From Nitrosospira multiformis ATCC 25196 (GTDB lineage Bacteria > Pseudomonadota > Gammaproteobacteria > Burkholderiales > Nitrosomonadaceae): DNA of 32,000 bases. Location: positions 2,760,001 through 2,792,000 of the forward strand of contig NC_007614.1 in the NCBI RefSeq assembly GCF_000196355.1. The letters run 5' to 3'. This document shows, one piece after another, positions 10,980 through 21,044 of the stretch. Position numbers and translations under genes: made by a program. Below the pieces are notes generated by a model. The model worked only from the letters and a program-made list of their open reading frames with translations, was not told where the DNA came from and ran no database searches. Within the stretch, counting starts at the first letter, position 1. The number at the start of each line of letters is the position of its first letter.

Positions 10980-13799
10980 TCAAGAACACACGAGGGTCGC
11001 ATCCCCGGAATCGGCCACTGGAAAAACAAATTTCCAGCCTTGACCCTCGCGCTGCCCTTCCAGAGTGCCACCGGACCAATTGATATGGCACTCTCCTTCA
11101 GATGCGACCGTCATTTCTAATGGCGTATGCGCACGCATTCGAAAATTAACGCCCCCTGACATTTTCTGCCATTCGTCAATCTCCCCGTTGCTGTGGGATA
11201 AATAAGGAGATAAGGGAAGCTCGGGTGTCATATACAGCAGCACTTGACCATGATTAGGCAAAAGATGCACATATCGCCCTTGACTCGCATCACGGACCCC
11301 TACAATCCCCTCCGATCTTTCCAAATCGGGCCACCCTGTCGACACTGGCAGACGTAACGTGCGTAGTGTATTCAGCCCTCTAATATCCCAGGCACCATCG
11401 ACACGGCGAGACATTGTAAGATTGCGGAATTCATTTACCTTCTGACCGTACTCGCTGACCCAGACAGGTCGATGTTCCTGTTTAACAGTCCACTCATACA
11501 CGGATTTCAGCGCATTGATGGAATCCGTTTTACTTCCTGAATAAAAGTGATAATGAATATGCAATGGTTTCAAACGAAGGGGGCGGTCAGTGAGTTGCAT
11601 GGTTTCGACGACGCGACTAAATGCGTGAAAGGGACCTTGCCATCTGTTTGTATAAACATGCTCGCTCGCCATGGGGGCATATAACTGGAGCTGGTCATCC
11701 ATTACATAACCCAGGGGGGGCACACGTGTCACGGTTTTTTCATCATTGGAAATCGTCGCGCCGCCGCCATTCATGTTCTCCAACCCAAGTGAACGCGCTA
11801 AAGCTAGAGCCTCTCTGCTTGCCAGCCCGTCCCCGGTCCATAAGAAAACACGCGCCCGCTTGTTCTCAGGCGCCAAGGTGTTATTAATATATTCCACGGA
11901 TCCGGCGATTTCCCGATGCAAGTCAAATCCATATCCATCGACAGAAAGCTGATACTCATCTCCATCAGCATCAATAGTGTTCTTTGGAAACCATGCGGAA
12001 GGATGACTATAGGAATGACTTGCTATTTCAACATGGTTCAACTTGAAAATATCTTGTGCTATTTTCTCGGCCTCAGTTACCTTGTCTGAGGAGCCGCGGT
12101 TCGCCGTTTCTCCTTCAATTATGGAAACCGTAGAAGGCAGGTTATATTTTTGCAAGAATTGATCCTGGATGACTTTTATCGCCAACGGCGTTCCAGGTAT
12201 TTCTGCTTTATTCCCAGCCCCATCACCATCAATCTGTACCAGCAATAAACGCCGGCCATTCTCGGTCGTGACATCGGGTACGGGTATTCCTTTTACATCA
12301 AGAGCAGTGCTTAAAAACTCAAATGGATTGATGATCCATCGTTTCAGCCCCTGGTAACCAGCTTCTATCACATAAGGATGCAAGGCGGTCCCGCCCCAAT
12401 TCCCGGAAAATACTGCAACCACCGGCTCTTCCGATTGACCTGTAAAACTTAGATGCTTTTGAACACCATCTTCCAATACTTGCCAGGCAGTGAACCCCCG
12501 TGTCACTGGTTGAGGTTTCGCCTCATAACCAATAATTTTATCGCTCCCCCTGACCATAAGTGAGCCCTCCAGGGATTCCGACTGACTTAGTTCCACCCCT
12601 AGATGCTTTAAAAAAGCATTATCAGCTTTAAAACCTAAATTTCCGAGAATAACAACTTTTACCCCAGCCTCCATCTGCCGCAACAGCCAGTCTCTATAAA
12701 CCGCCGGGTGCAATAAAGCATCGTTGTTGAACCAGCTCACGATTCCGGCATATTGCCCTGTCAATAAATTGCCGGGTAATCCAGCATTCACGTCCAGATA
12801 ATCGAGTGTATAACCCAGATGTTCCAGTGGCATGGCTAGCAATTTATGGATATCCGTCTGCTGCAGCCCTTCCGGATATTCGTGCCCGTCATAGAGCGCC
12901 AAGATGCGTCTAGGGAATATCTCCACCTTGCCAATGCCGAAAATATCCAATGCGGGGTTTGCCACCCAGGGCGTAAAGCCCAGATCAGATATTTTTTTTG
13001 CGGTAGCTCGCGCTAAATCCTTCTGCTTTGGATCAACGTAATCAATAACGATTATTTGCAGTTCATACCGATCTCGTGCCTGCCATAACTTCTGTAAGAG
13101 CCAGTTACGATCCGGCTCAGCAACTTCCGTATATTCCAAATCGATCGGATCCCAGCGTTGGAATAGCGATTCGGCGGCTAATGCAACCGCATACTGGCCT
13201 ACATGCGGCAAGATATCGAAACCCCGGTTAAGTATAAGTTCAACTCCCGGGAAACGCTCATGTATACTTTTAATCAGATTGGATAATGCTTTTTCCTGGT
13301 TTAACCGGGCAGCAGGTTCAACCGCAACCCTCTGGTATGTCTCCAGTCCATCCAAAAAAAATCCACGATAACCTTGTTCCCATAACCGGGACAAATACTT
13401 GTCAAGAAGATAGTCATGCCATCCTTGCTGAGTCAGGTCGAGGATACTGCTTCCCCATTCTTTATTACTGCCAATAAACCAGCTTTGCGGGATCTCTGAA
13501 TACCAGCTTCGTGTCGCATGGACTTCTCCGACGCTGACGTAGGCAAATACCTTAGTTCCCTTGTCAAAAAGATAATCCACATTATCCATGTTCTCGGGTT
13601 CTACTATGACCTGCGTAAAATGTGAAAGTAGATCCACCGGGGCAGGTCGGCCGTAGAAAATCGCGGTACTCGCGTATGCGGGCAAGCAGATAGAGGATAA
13701 AAGCATGCTAGAGATGAGCCTTAAAAAAGCATAATGATTCCCGAAAGTCGACTGGTACTTCATCATTGGCGTTATCCCATTGATGACCGTCATGGGCAT
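10980..13799 (-). CDS. pelA: PelA-like periplasmic bifunctional glycoside hydrolase / polysaccharide deacetylase
   Basis: About 939 aa from the track start; internal ATG-ATG at 13766/13763 may be the true start before the signal peptide. N-terminal hydrolase domain FYGRPAPVDLLSHFTQVIVEPENM...VFAYVSVGE...YRGFFLDGLETYQ; deacetylase motifs LLLVQIDGDGAGNK and EIASHSYSHPSAW. Confidence 0.93.
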   Translation of the reverse strand: MPMTVINGITPMMKYQSTFGNHYAFLRLISSMLLSSICLPAYASTAIFYGRPAPVDLLSHFTQVIVEPENMDNVDYLFDKGTKVFAYVSVGEVHATRSWYSEIPQSWFIGSNKEWGSSILDLTQQGWHDYLLDKYLSRLWEQGYRGFFLDGLETYQRVAVEPAARLNQEKALSNLIKSIHERFPGVELILNRGFDILPHVGQYAVALAAESLFQRWDPIDLEYTEVAEPDRNWLLQKLWQARDRYELQIIVIDYVDPKQKDLARATAKKISDLGFTPWVANPALDIFGIGKVEIFPRRILALYDGHEYPEGLQQTDIHKLLAMPLEHLGYTLDYLDVNAGLPGNLLTGQYAGIVSWFNNDALLHPAVYRDWLLRQMEAGVKVVILGNLGFKADNAFLKHLGVELSQSESLEGSLMVRGSDKIIGYEAKPQPVTRGFTAWQVLEDGVQKHLSFTGQSEEPVVAVFSGNWGGTALHPYVIEAGYQGLKRWIINPFEFLSTALDVKGIPVPDVTTENGRRLLLVQIDGDGAGNKAEIPGTPLAIKVIQDQFLQKYNLPSTVSIIEGETANRGSSDKVTEAEKIAQDIFKLNHVEIASHSYSHPSAWFPKNTIDADGDEYQLSVDGYGFDLHREIAGSVEYINNTLAPENKRARVFLWTGDGLASREALALARSLGLENMNGGGATISNDEKTVTRVPPLGYVMDDQLQLYAPMASEHVYTNRWQGPFHAFSRVVETMQLTDRPLRLKPLHIHYHFYSGSKTDSINALKSVYEWTVKQEHRPVWVSEYGQKVNEFRNLTMSRRVDGAWDIRGLNTLRTLRLPVSTGWPDLERSEGIVGVRDASQGRYVHLLPNHGQVLLYMTPELPLSPYLSHSNGEIDEWQKMSGGVNFRMRAHTPLEMTVASEGECHINWSGGTLEGQREGQGWKFVFPVADSGDATLVCS

Positions 13800-14109
13800 T
13801 TCCTGAAACCCATTTCCAGAATCCCCATCTCATATTCGGCTACGGCCAGTGACAGTTAATCAAACATACCTCTGCCGACTCGCCAAATTACCAGAGCATG
13901 AGCGAACTTGTCTTCAATTCATAATTATGGTTAACACCGTTTCTGCTTACCGCCATTACATCGCTATCCCAATAAATATAAATACGATCACCCTTTCGTC
14001 TCCGGATCTCAAATATCGGACTGCCTTTCATCAATCGATGGAACGTCGATGAAAATCACTCATTCCCGGGGTCTGTCAGTGATTATTTATATACGTAAGC
14101 ATAGTTGAT

Positions 14110-15477
14110 TTAACGCAGCATGAATGTTTCGTAAACCAGCCCATTAAGTCTTTTTGAAACGATGATCATCCCCACCAGGGTCGTTGTTACAACCGACAAG
14201 GCAAAACCGTAGCCATAAAATGCGGGCCCAAGGTATTGACTCAAAAGGGTGAATACAATGTTCGAGGTGACACATAGCAAACAGAGATACAAGGCATCTT
14301 TACGATAATCGAAATAAAATAATATGTTTAGAACAGCCAGCAATAATACTTGAACACCCACCGCAACAAGGTCAATATTTAACAGCATGCTATAGAAAGG
14401 CGATATTCCTACCCATTCAAGCAATTTTTCCCCTACTGCCAGCAATATAATGATGGTCATTCCTTGTACCTTAAAGATTTCAATAAATCCTCTCTGAATT
14501 GTCAGGACCATTTCTTCATAGATTTGTAAGATAGGCTTTAAGGGAGCGCCGCCATTAATAGCTGCATAAAACTTTGTGTACTGTTCTACAAAATCAGTCT
14601 CCATGCGCAGCAAAAATACCGCCATTCCCGGTATGATCGATAAATATGCAAGAAATATTGGAAGGTCATAAATTTGCGAGCCCCGGAGGGGCGAAATGAC
14701 CGCAACGCCGGTTTGAGGATTAAACCAGAAAATAAATTTGTCAACCCAAATAGCGAGGTTATAAAGAAAGCCGGTAATCGCTAGGCTCGGGAATATCTGA
14801 CTTCGCTGTAAAAAATCAAAGGCCATCAACTTATCCCTTGAATACGAGCGAAAAACCACAACCAGGAGCATAAACAATAAAATGGCATGCCCCAAAACAA
14901 AACCGGAAAGCAGTCCTTCCAGCCCAAATGCCTTCATTTCCATAGAAGCCAATACTGTTACGCCATAACCTACCAGAAAGGCTAACAAAACTGCACGGTA
15001 AGCCTTCAGCCCCGATAAAACGATCACTACAATCCAAATGGTAGAAAGGATAACCAGCCCGGCCAGCATCAATAAACGATATAGCACCGATCCGCTAAAC
15101 AGGTAAATCAGGGATAGAGCCGCAATCGTTCCGCTGACAATCACTACAATAAAAATGGCCCCTGTTAGGTTCGGTAAAACCTTTTCGTCCTGTTTTTCAT
15201 ACAACTTGTCAGCAATAAAGCGTGTGATCATCAGTTGCAAGGGACTGGTCAGAATCAAAGAAATCGCCATCAAATAAGTTATGGATATCTGAAACTGCTC
15301 AACATAATAAGGAGCGGTTGAGTTTTCCGTGTTGATGATGCCGATTAAGAGGATGCCAACAATCGACAATACCCATGGGCCAGAACCTATAATCCCCGCA
15401 AAACCATAAGCGAGCGTAAGCCCTGATAGAGTATCAGTGCCTGTCAGTTCACGTAGTCTAAACCCAATACCAGCCAT
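14110..15477 (-). CDS. pelG: PelG-like multi-pass membrane exopolysaccharide transporter
   Basis: 455 aa; MAGIGFRLRELTGTDTLSGLTLAYGFAGIIGSGPWVLSIVGILLIGII...QLMITRFIADKLYEKQDEKVLPNLTGAI...WVDKFIFWFNPQTG...LPIFLAYLSIIPGMAVFLLRMETDF is typical PelG. Confidence 0.96.
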   Translation of the reverse strand: MAGIGFRLRELTGTDTLSGLTLAYGFAGIIGSGPWVLSIVGILLIGIINTENSTAPYYVEQFQISITYLMAISLILTSPLQLMITRFIADKLYEKQDEKVLPNLTGAIFIVVIVSGTIAALSLIYLFSGSVLYRLLMLAGLVILSTIWIVVIVLSGLKAYRAVLLAFLVGYGVTVLASMEMKAFGLEGLLSGFVLGHAILLFMLLVVVFRSYSRDKLMAFDFLQRSQIFPSLAITGFLYNLAIWVDKFIFWFNPQTGVAVISPLRGSQIYDLPIFLAYLSIIPGMAVFLLRMETDFVEQYTKFYAAINGGAPLKPILQIYEEMVLTIQRGFIEIFKVQGMTIIILLAVGEKLLEWVGISPFYSMLLNIDLVAVGVQVLLLAVLNILFYFDYRKDALYLCLLCVTSNIVFTLLSQYLGPAFYGYGFALSVVTTTLVGMIIVSKRLNGLVYETFMLR

Positions 15478-15714
15478 TATCGGAGCCCGCCCAGAACTCG
15501 GAGACTTTTGGTGTCAGGAATTGCAAAAACTCCAGAGGGCACATGCTGCATAGCCCACTTGCTATCATCTTCATGCCTGCCGAAGCGCCGAAAACTGGTT
15601 TGGGAAATTGGTAGGAGCGCAACATTTGTCGGAATTAACCGGACCTCAAGTTTAAAAAAGGGAGGGAAAAACAAACAAAGGGGCCCGGTCACGACCTTAC
15701 ACAGCTGGGATAAC

Positions 15715-17226
15715 TTATTGTGCTATCGCTTGGTCATAAATCTTCTTATAGCTGTCGAGCATTCTGGATTGCGTATAATATTTTTCAAATCGCTGAATAC
15801 CCGCTTTCTGTGCTGCATGCCAACGTTCCCCGTCTGTCAGCAATGTAATCACAGCAGCAGCGGTGGCTTCCGGATCCGCGATGGGCGTTACAATACCTGC
15901 GCATCCCAAAGCACGGTCCTCGTCGCTGGCCCCCTCGATGATTTCCCGACACGCACCCACATCGGTCGTCACGACCGGCAAACCGCTGCCAAAAGCTTCG
16001 AGCAGCACCAAAGGAAAGGCTTCGCTGATCGACGTCAGTACAAGCAACCCTAGACGAGGGAGCACGTTGCTGATTTGCTGGAACCCCAGAAAACGTACTT
16101 TTCCTTCCAGTCCCAGCTCCTGAATCAGACTTCTGCATTCCGCCACATATTCCTGATCTTCCTCTTCAGGTCCGATCAGCCAGCCTTGAGCTTCAGGAAG
16201 TTGAAGCACAACCGTACTCATGGCTCTAATAAAGGTTTTAATATCCTTTATCGGCACTATCCTTCCAAGCAATCCGACCACGAGTGGAATCTTTTCTGGC
16301 CGTTCCGCACGTATAGGAAGAAAACGCTGCATTTCCATTCCGTTAGGGATAACCTGAGTGCGGTCACCATCCGCACCATCGGCAATTTGGCGCCTCCTAT
16401 TATTTTCATAAAGGCTAATGATCGGATTTGAGGCTTGATAAATAAGGCGCCCAAGTGATTCAAAATATCTTATCCATAATAATTCCTGATATTGCATTCC
16501 CATATAAAGAGCATCGCTTAACGAATCACGATGTTCTTTAATGAAAAGGGACTGCAAGTCCACCTTTCTTTCCTTCGTATAGATGCCATGCTCCGTCAAA
16601 ATAAGCGGCCGCCCCGTTCTGTAATGCAGTAATATGCCAAGAAAACCTGCAAAGCCGGTCGAAACGGTATGAAATGCTTTCGTCTCAACAGAAAACTGAT
16701 TAGCCACCGAGGCAAGCATAAACAGTGGAGCGTGAGTCGCTTTGATTGCCCACAGGTAATGAATGAATGAATTCCCTGCGTTATATTTGTCGTAATACTC
16801 ACAAATGTGCTGCCAGGACGCATCACTATGGAAAAACTCCTCTGCAGTGAAGCCGGACGGCTGCCCCAAAGAAACCAAAAGGTTCTTTAGGACAACCTCA
16901 TCGAAACCCGAGCATGGATTCCGGAACCACTCATGGAGCTTTCCTGAACGCAGAATGTAGTCATTATTACCTTTGCAGCCCTTGGCTTTAGATAAAGAAA
17001 GACGCTCCCACAGATAGTGGCATTCCAGATGAACGACATTATCGGGCAGAACATATTTCAGTTCGCCATAATCACTCTTCCTGGATCCCAGAAAAACTAA
17101 AGAAAATGTGTACTGCGGCAACTCTGCGATAATCTGGTGCACCCAGCCCGAAACCCCACCCCTGATAAAAGGATAGGTGCCTTCCAGCAAGAGCGTGATA
17201 TCAGCATCTTTCTGTTGCTTCTGCAT
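15715..17226 (-). CDS. pelF: PelF-like GT4 glycosyltransferase
   Basis: About 503 aa; ADITLLLEGTYPFIRGGVSGWVHQIIAELPQYTFSLVFLGSR...VVGLLGRIVPIKDIKTFIRAM...GWLIGPEEEDQEYVAECRSLIQELGLEGKVRFLGFQ. The ORF-track TTG at 17229 is followed by ATG at 17226, which overlaps the pelE stop (TGATG). Confidence 0.96.
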   Translation of the reverse strand: MQKQQKDADITLLLEGTYPFIRGGVSGWVHQIIAELPQYTFSLVFLGSRKSDYGELKYVLPDNVVHLECHYLWERLSLSKAKGCKGNNDYILRSGKLHEWFRNPCSGFDEVVLKNLLVSLGQPSGFTAEEFFHSDASWQHICEYYDKYNAGNSFIHYLWAIKATHAPLFMLASVANQFSVETKAFHTVSTGFAGFLGILLHYRTGRPLILTEHGIYTKERKVDLQSLFIKEHRDSLSDALYMGMQYQELLWIRYFESLGRLIYQASNPIISLYENNRRRQIADGADGDRTQVIPNGMEMQRFLPIRAERPEKIPLVVGLLGRIVPIKDIKTFIRAMSTVVLQLPEAQGWLIGPEEEDQEYVAECRSLIQELGLEGKVRFLGFQQISNVLPRLGLLVLTSISEAFPLVLLEAFGSGLPVVTTDVGACREIIEGASDEDRALGCAGIVTPIADPEATAAAVITLLTDGERWHAAQKAGIQRFEKYYTQSRMLDSYKKIYDQAIAQ

Positions 17227-18245
17227 CAACCCTCTTTCTGCCAGAACCGTGCTGCGGTAGTCAAAAGGGGATAAGCTGCGGGAAGTTCTATCCCCGTCAT
17301 TAATTGTTTCACTTCATGATAATGGCGGGTATAAAAGGCTATCTCTGCGTAATAGGTCAGTAAGCCGACACACTCAATTCCGAAAATCTCGGCCTTTTTA
17401 AATTGTTCCAGGGCCTGCTGGTATTTTCCCAACTTCAGCAAAATTTGAGCATACTGGAAAATGAGCCCGGAATCCTGGGGAGAGTATCCGAGACCCATTT
17501 CAATGTATTTGTAGGCCATTCGGAGAACATGGTTTTTAGCTTCACCTTGGACCAGTCCGAGATGCGCCAATTCCCAATAGTCGTTTGCAATCTGCCGGCA
17601 CAATTGTTTTTTCTTTCTGGGGTTTTCTATATTTTCAAGATCCTGCTTGGATTTCTCGATGTGCTTGCTCAATCTGTACTCTTTACGATCTAATAAGGCA
17701 TAAGCAAGCAATCTGATATCGTCAATCGAGTCGGCCAGCGCTAAACGCAACAATGGTATTGCGTCCCTATCCTTAAGTTTCAATGTTGCGTACACAGCTT
17801 GCAGCCGTATTTCAGGATTTCTGGATCTGTATAGATCGTACAGGCTATGGGAGTTGACGGGCTGACCCCCTGTCACGCCAGCGTCAGAAGGAAGATCCCG
17901 AATCTTGTTTATGTTTATACACAAATTTGCGCTTTTTGGTTTTTTGGACGAAAAACCTACAAATGATAGAGCCAGAATCAGTCCTATCAATCCGAGGACA
18001 GGCAAATAAAAAACTATCACGAAGAAAAAAAGAGTTGCTCTGAGCGAAGTGTCTGCTTGGCCAGGAACAACAACCGTGGGAAAAATATAGGCGGCAACAG
18101 CGCTTGCAATAAAATGACAAAACAAGGCTGTGATCAGATTCTGCTCGGCTATGGAGGGACTGAAAAACAGTTGAAGACCATATATTTCAAGCCCTACGGC
18201 CATACCGAGTAGAATTAACTTAGACAGAATTATGAATATAGGCAT
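17226..18245 (-). CDS. pelE: PelE-like membrane/TPR-type protein
   Basis: 339 aa; N-terminal transmembrane segments then a helical repeat region (DRDAIPLLRLALADSIDDIRLLAYALLDRKEYRLSKHIEK...ALEQFKKAEIFGIECVGLLTYYAEIAF); synteny between pelD and pelF. Confidence 0.88.
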   Translation of the reverse strand: MPIFIILSKLILLGMAVGLEIYGLQLFFSPSIAEQNLITALFCHFIASAVAAYIFPTVVVPGQADTSLRATLFFFVIVFYLPVLGLIGLILALSFVGFSSKKPKSANLCININKIRDLPSDAGVTGGQPVNSHSLYDLYRSRNPEIRLQAVYATLKLKDRDAIPLLRLALADSIDDIRLLAYALLDRKEYRLSKHIEKSKQDLENIENPRKKKQLCRQIANDYWELAHLGLVQGEAKNHVLRMAYKYIEMGLGYSPQDSGLIFQYAQILLKLGKYQQALEQFKKAEIFGIECVGLLTYYAEIAFYTRHYHEVKQLMTGIELPAAYPLLTTAARFWQKEG

Positions 18246-19624
18246 TCTGACTCCCTGAATTCTTTGTAAATAAATTCGTTCTTACAAAACCGCTCTATCT
18301 CCAGTAAAACCTCTTCCGACGAGGTTTTGTTGTGTAAAATCCACATACAAACTCTGATATTGTCATCGCGAAAGCTGAAGGCTGTTCTATCGGGGCCCTC
18401 ACAAATCGCGTCCGCTGATGGCCTTGACAGCTCAATCCGATTTAAGAATTCATTAGCGCCAGTTACGTCCGTAGAAGGTAATAATATTAAAAACAGGGAG
18501 CGGTCATCTCTATCTTTGGCAATAAGAATTTCATCTACGCCCCGTAATTCGCTCTGAAACTTAACGAGAAATTCCCTCTGCAGTTCTTCAGTGTTGATAG
18601 TGACGGCAATTGCGACAGCAGTTGTCTTTAAGTATTTCAGTTCCCCGAGAATTCGGCGCAGCCGCGCTTCAAACGCTTTTCTACCATCATTGTCCTGAGA
18701 ATAAGATTCCGCTCGCCGTTTGATAAGATCCCCTATTTTTCCTCCCAAAACGGCGAGAAAATCCATAGTAGCTTCCTGAAATGCAAACAACGGCATTTCA
18801 CTCACAACGACCATCCCCCAGATTTTCTGATATACGTCCACTAACGGGATGGCCACAAGGGCTCCAGTGGCAGGCGCTGAATCGTTTCTTTCCACTTCAA
18901 TACTTGCAACATGGCCAGTACTGAGCGCTTCTCTTATTACAGAATCTGAGCTCGATAACGTGCGAGGCTGTCCTAAACGCGCAACAGGGTTAACATTGAT
19001 GTTTCGTTGTTCGTCTACTGCATAAATCCCCGCTGTCTGAACATTGGCATAGCTGGCAAGAATTTTAAGAATATCCTCCGAAATACCGGCTAGTGGCTCG
19101 CCCCTATTTTCTTCCAGAGACAAAATTTTCTTCTTCAGATCAAGTAAGGATAAACGCAAGCTTTTGGCCTGGCTTGCCAAATGCTGTTCCAATTGATAAT
19201 GAGAGCCTTTAATCAAATGGTATGAGCGGGCAAACTTGTCCATCCTTACCTTGAGATAATTGTATTGATGTTCTAAAAGCCGTATCTTACGGACCCATGA
19301 TTCACGAAACTCAGCCGTAATCACAGTGAGCAGCAACAACCCCGTAACCATTTCCTTAGGAAAAAAAGGAACTTGCGGCAATCTTAGAAAGAACCCAATG
19401 GAAATGACACTTATGAGCAATGCCGCGGAAGCAATTCCGCATGCGAACCCGTATTGAAGACCAATCAACAAAGGAGCAAGAATCAGCCAGGGAAACCGAT
19501 AGTCGACGAAAAAAGGATCAGACGGATCAACAGCATAACCAATTATTGGGAGCGACAATGAGACCGCGATTGATTCCAGCCATTTGTTTTGTAAAACGTT
19601 ACCCGGCATCATCGACTTTTCCAT
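18230..19624 (-). CDS. pelD: PelD-like membrane c-di-GMP receptor (GAF plus degenerate GGDEF)
   Basis: 464 aa; N-terminal transmembrane helices, GAF-like LKILASYANVQTAGIYAVDEQRNINVNPVARLG, and degenerate GGDEF-like AVAIAVTINTEELQREFLVKFQSELRGVDEILIAKDRDDRSLFLILLPSTDVTGANEFLNRI with an RxxD-type RGVD. Overlaps the pelE start by 16 nt. Confidence 0.92.
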   Translation of the reverse strand: MEKSMMPGNVLQNKWLESIAVSLSLPIIGYAVDPSDPFFVDYRFPWLILAPLLIGLQYGFACGIASAALLISVISIGFFLRLPQVPFFPKEMVTGLLLLTVITAEFRESWVRKIRLLEHQYNYLKVRMDKFARSYHLIKGSHYQLEQHLASQAKSLRLSLLDLKKKILSLEENRGEPLAGISEDILKILASYANVQTAGIYAVDEQRNINVNPVARLGQPRTLSSSDSVIREALSTGHVASIEVERNDSAPATGALVAIPLVDVYQKIWGMVVVSEMPLFAFQEATMDFLAVLGGKIGDLIKRRAESYSQDNDGRKAFEARLRRILGELKYLKTTAVAIAVTINTEELQREFLVKFQSELRGVDEILIAKDRDDRSLFLILLPSTDVTGANEFLNRIELSRPSADAICEGPDRTAFSFRDDNIRVCMWILHNKTSSEEVLLEIERFCKNEFIYKEFRESECLYS

Positions 19625-19636
19625 TCGTCATGGAAA

Positions 19637-20206
19637 TCACGTTCCCGTGATTTCGATCCTTGAAGTCAACTCTCTAAGCAATTTTTGTGCGGTGCCACTG
19701 AGCGATCCTGTACTCCAACCTGATCGCGCTCCACTTGCAGACCAAACGACTTTGCCAGAAGGAATCTCTATAACCCGTATCGTCAGGCCCACAACCGGCT
19801 CGCTGCCAACCCCCAGTTTGTATTGCCATTCATCAACGCTTCCGGCAACCACATAAGAAACATCATCCTTAATAGCGGACACCAATGCTTTTTCCTGGCG
19901 TGTCCGGTCATCGAATTCAAGCCACCCCCTCTTGTCTGCATCCGACTGTTGGTACATTTCTATATTTGTAATCCCTCTGATTCTGAGGAATGTGGCCAGC
20001 ATTTCTTCCACTTGCTCGCCTACCCGCGGAGTCTGTGAATAATTTTGAAAAGGCAAAATCATCCAACGCTCGGAAGGAGAAAGTGAGGGACCTTTCTGTA
20101 TGTCAATTACTGAACAGGCAGTCAAAGAATTGAACAAAATAATAAAAACGAAAAATCTAAGTTTTGTATTAACAAAGCCCATGATTTTTTTGTTACTGAT
20201 AAACAT
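19637..20206 (-). CDS. pelC: PelC-like outer-membrane lipoprotein
   Basis: 189 aa; lipobox LTAC; SLSPSERWMILPFQNYSQTPRVGEQVEEMLATFLRIRGITNIEMYQ...; directly upstream of pelD. Confidence 0.88.
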   Translation of the reverse strand: MFISNKKIMGFVNTKLRFFVFIILFNSLTACSVIDIQKGPSLSPSERWMILPFQNYSQTPRVGEQVEEMLATFLRIRGITNIEMYQQSDADKRGWLEFDDRTRQEKALVSAIKDDVSYVVAGSVDEWQYKLGVGSEPVVGLTIRVIEIPSGKVVWSASGARSGWSTGSLSGTAQKLLRELTSRIEITGT

Positions 20207-21044
20207 AAACGAGACCTCTTTTTCTAATTAATTAATGGTCACTTTCTTATAGATTTGGTCCTATACAAGCGATGCAAAGCGACGTATTGCGACCGCTAAC
20301 TTGTCTAGCCTATTAGAGAGAGCGCCTGCTCTCTCAACCGTTCCGGAACGGGTTACCGCCAGTTTTCCAGCCCTGACAATGGGTACCGCTTTGAGTAGAT
20401 CCATATTACAAAGACTTCTGGAGCTCGCTATGTGCGCTATTTCACATAGCGAAATCTTATTTCCTACAGCAATGCACGCTCCCACCAGAAAGGTGTATAG
20501 CTATTCCCGCATGTTTACGAATAACGGGCGGGATTGGAGCGTGATTTTCTGTATCTTGAATATCCTTTAGTACCATCAATTGAATGATGGCCGTCCTCGC
20601 TTTCTGCTGTGGGAATTGAAGAAAGCAAAGGTGGAGCTGCCGTTAAGGTCCTGAACTACAAATCATACGAACGTTAAACCTTGCTTCCGCATTAGGAATT
20701 AGTGGACCGGCTCGATCGAACCTGAGGATGCACTGATGTAGGGGGATAGGTAGATTGAATCGGAACTGAGGGGAGCAGGAACAAGATGCGCCCCGCATTT
20801 CGCGATTGGCGGCCTGTTCGGGGAAGGGCGCGAGACGCGAGGCAGGGCTGGTTCGGCGCGAGTTCCGGGCGGGAATATCCGCATGCGAAGGGGTTGCCGC
20901 TCAAGCCAGGTAGGTGGGATGGAATGAAATCAAACGCCGCTGGCAACCACAGACGGCGTTCCGGAAACCCACCTGCTTCTAAACCGATGTGATGAAGGTG
21001 GGAGCTGCTGTCCTTTTCGAGGGGCGGCAGCTACGTTGGTGTGA

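Noticed and set aside
15477-15714. Possible small gene between pelF and pelG (ORFs 15477..15692 minus and 15508..16053 plus)
   Set aside because: No family resemblance; the plus ORF is largely antisense to pelF. Better explained as an intergenic spacer.
20692-20946. 84-aa minus ORF with many Pro/Arg/Ser residues between pelC and the GH114-like gene
   Set aside because: No recognisable motif or convincing RBS; overlapping ORFs on several frames suggest GC-driven openness.
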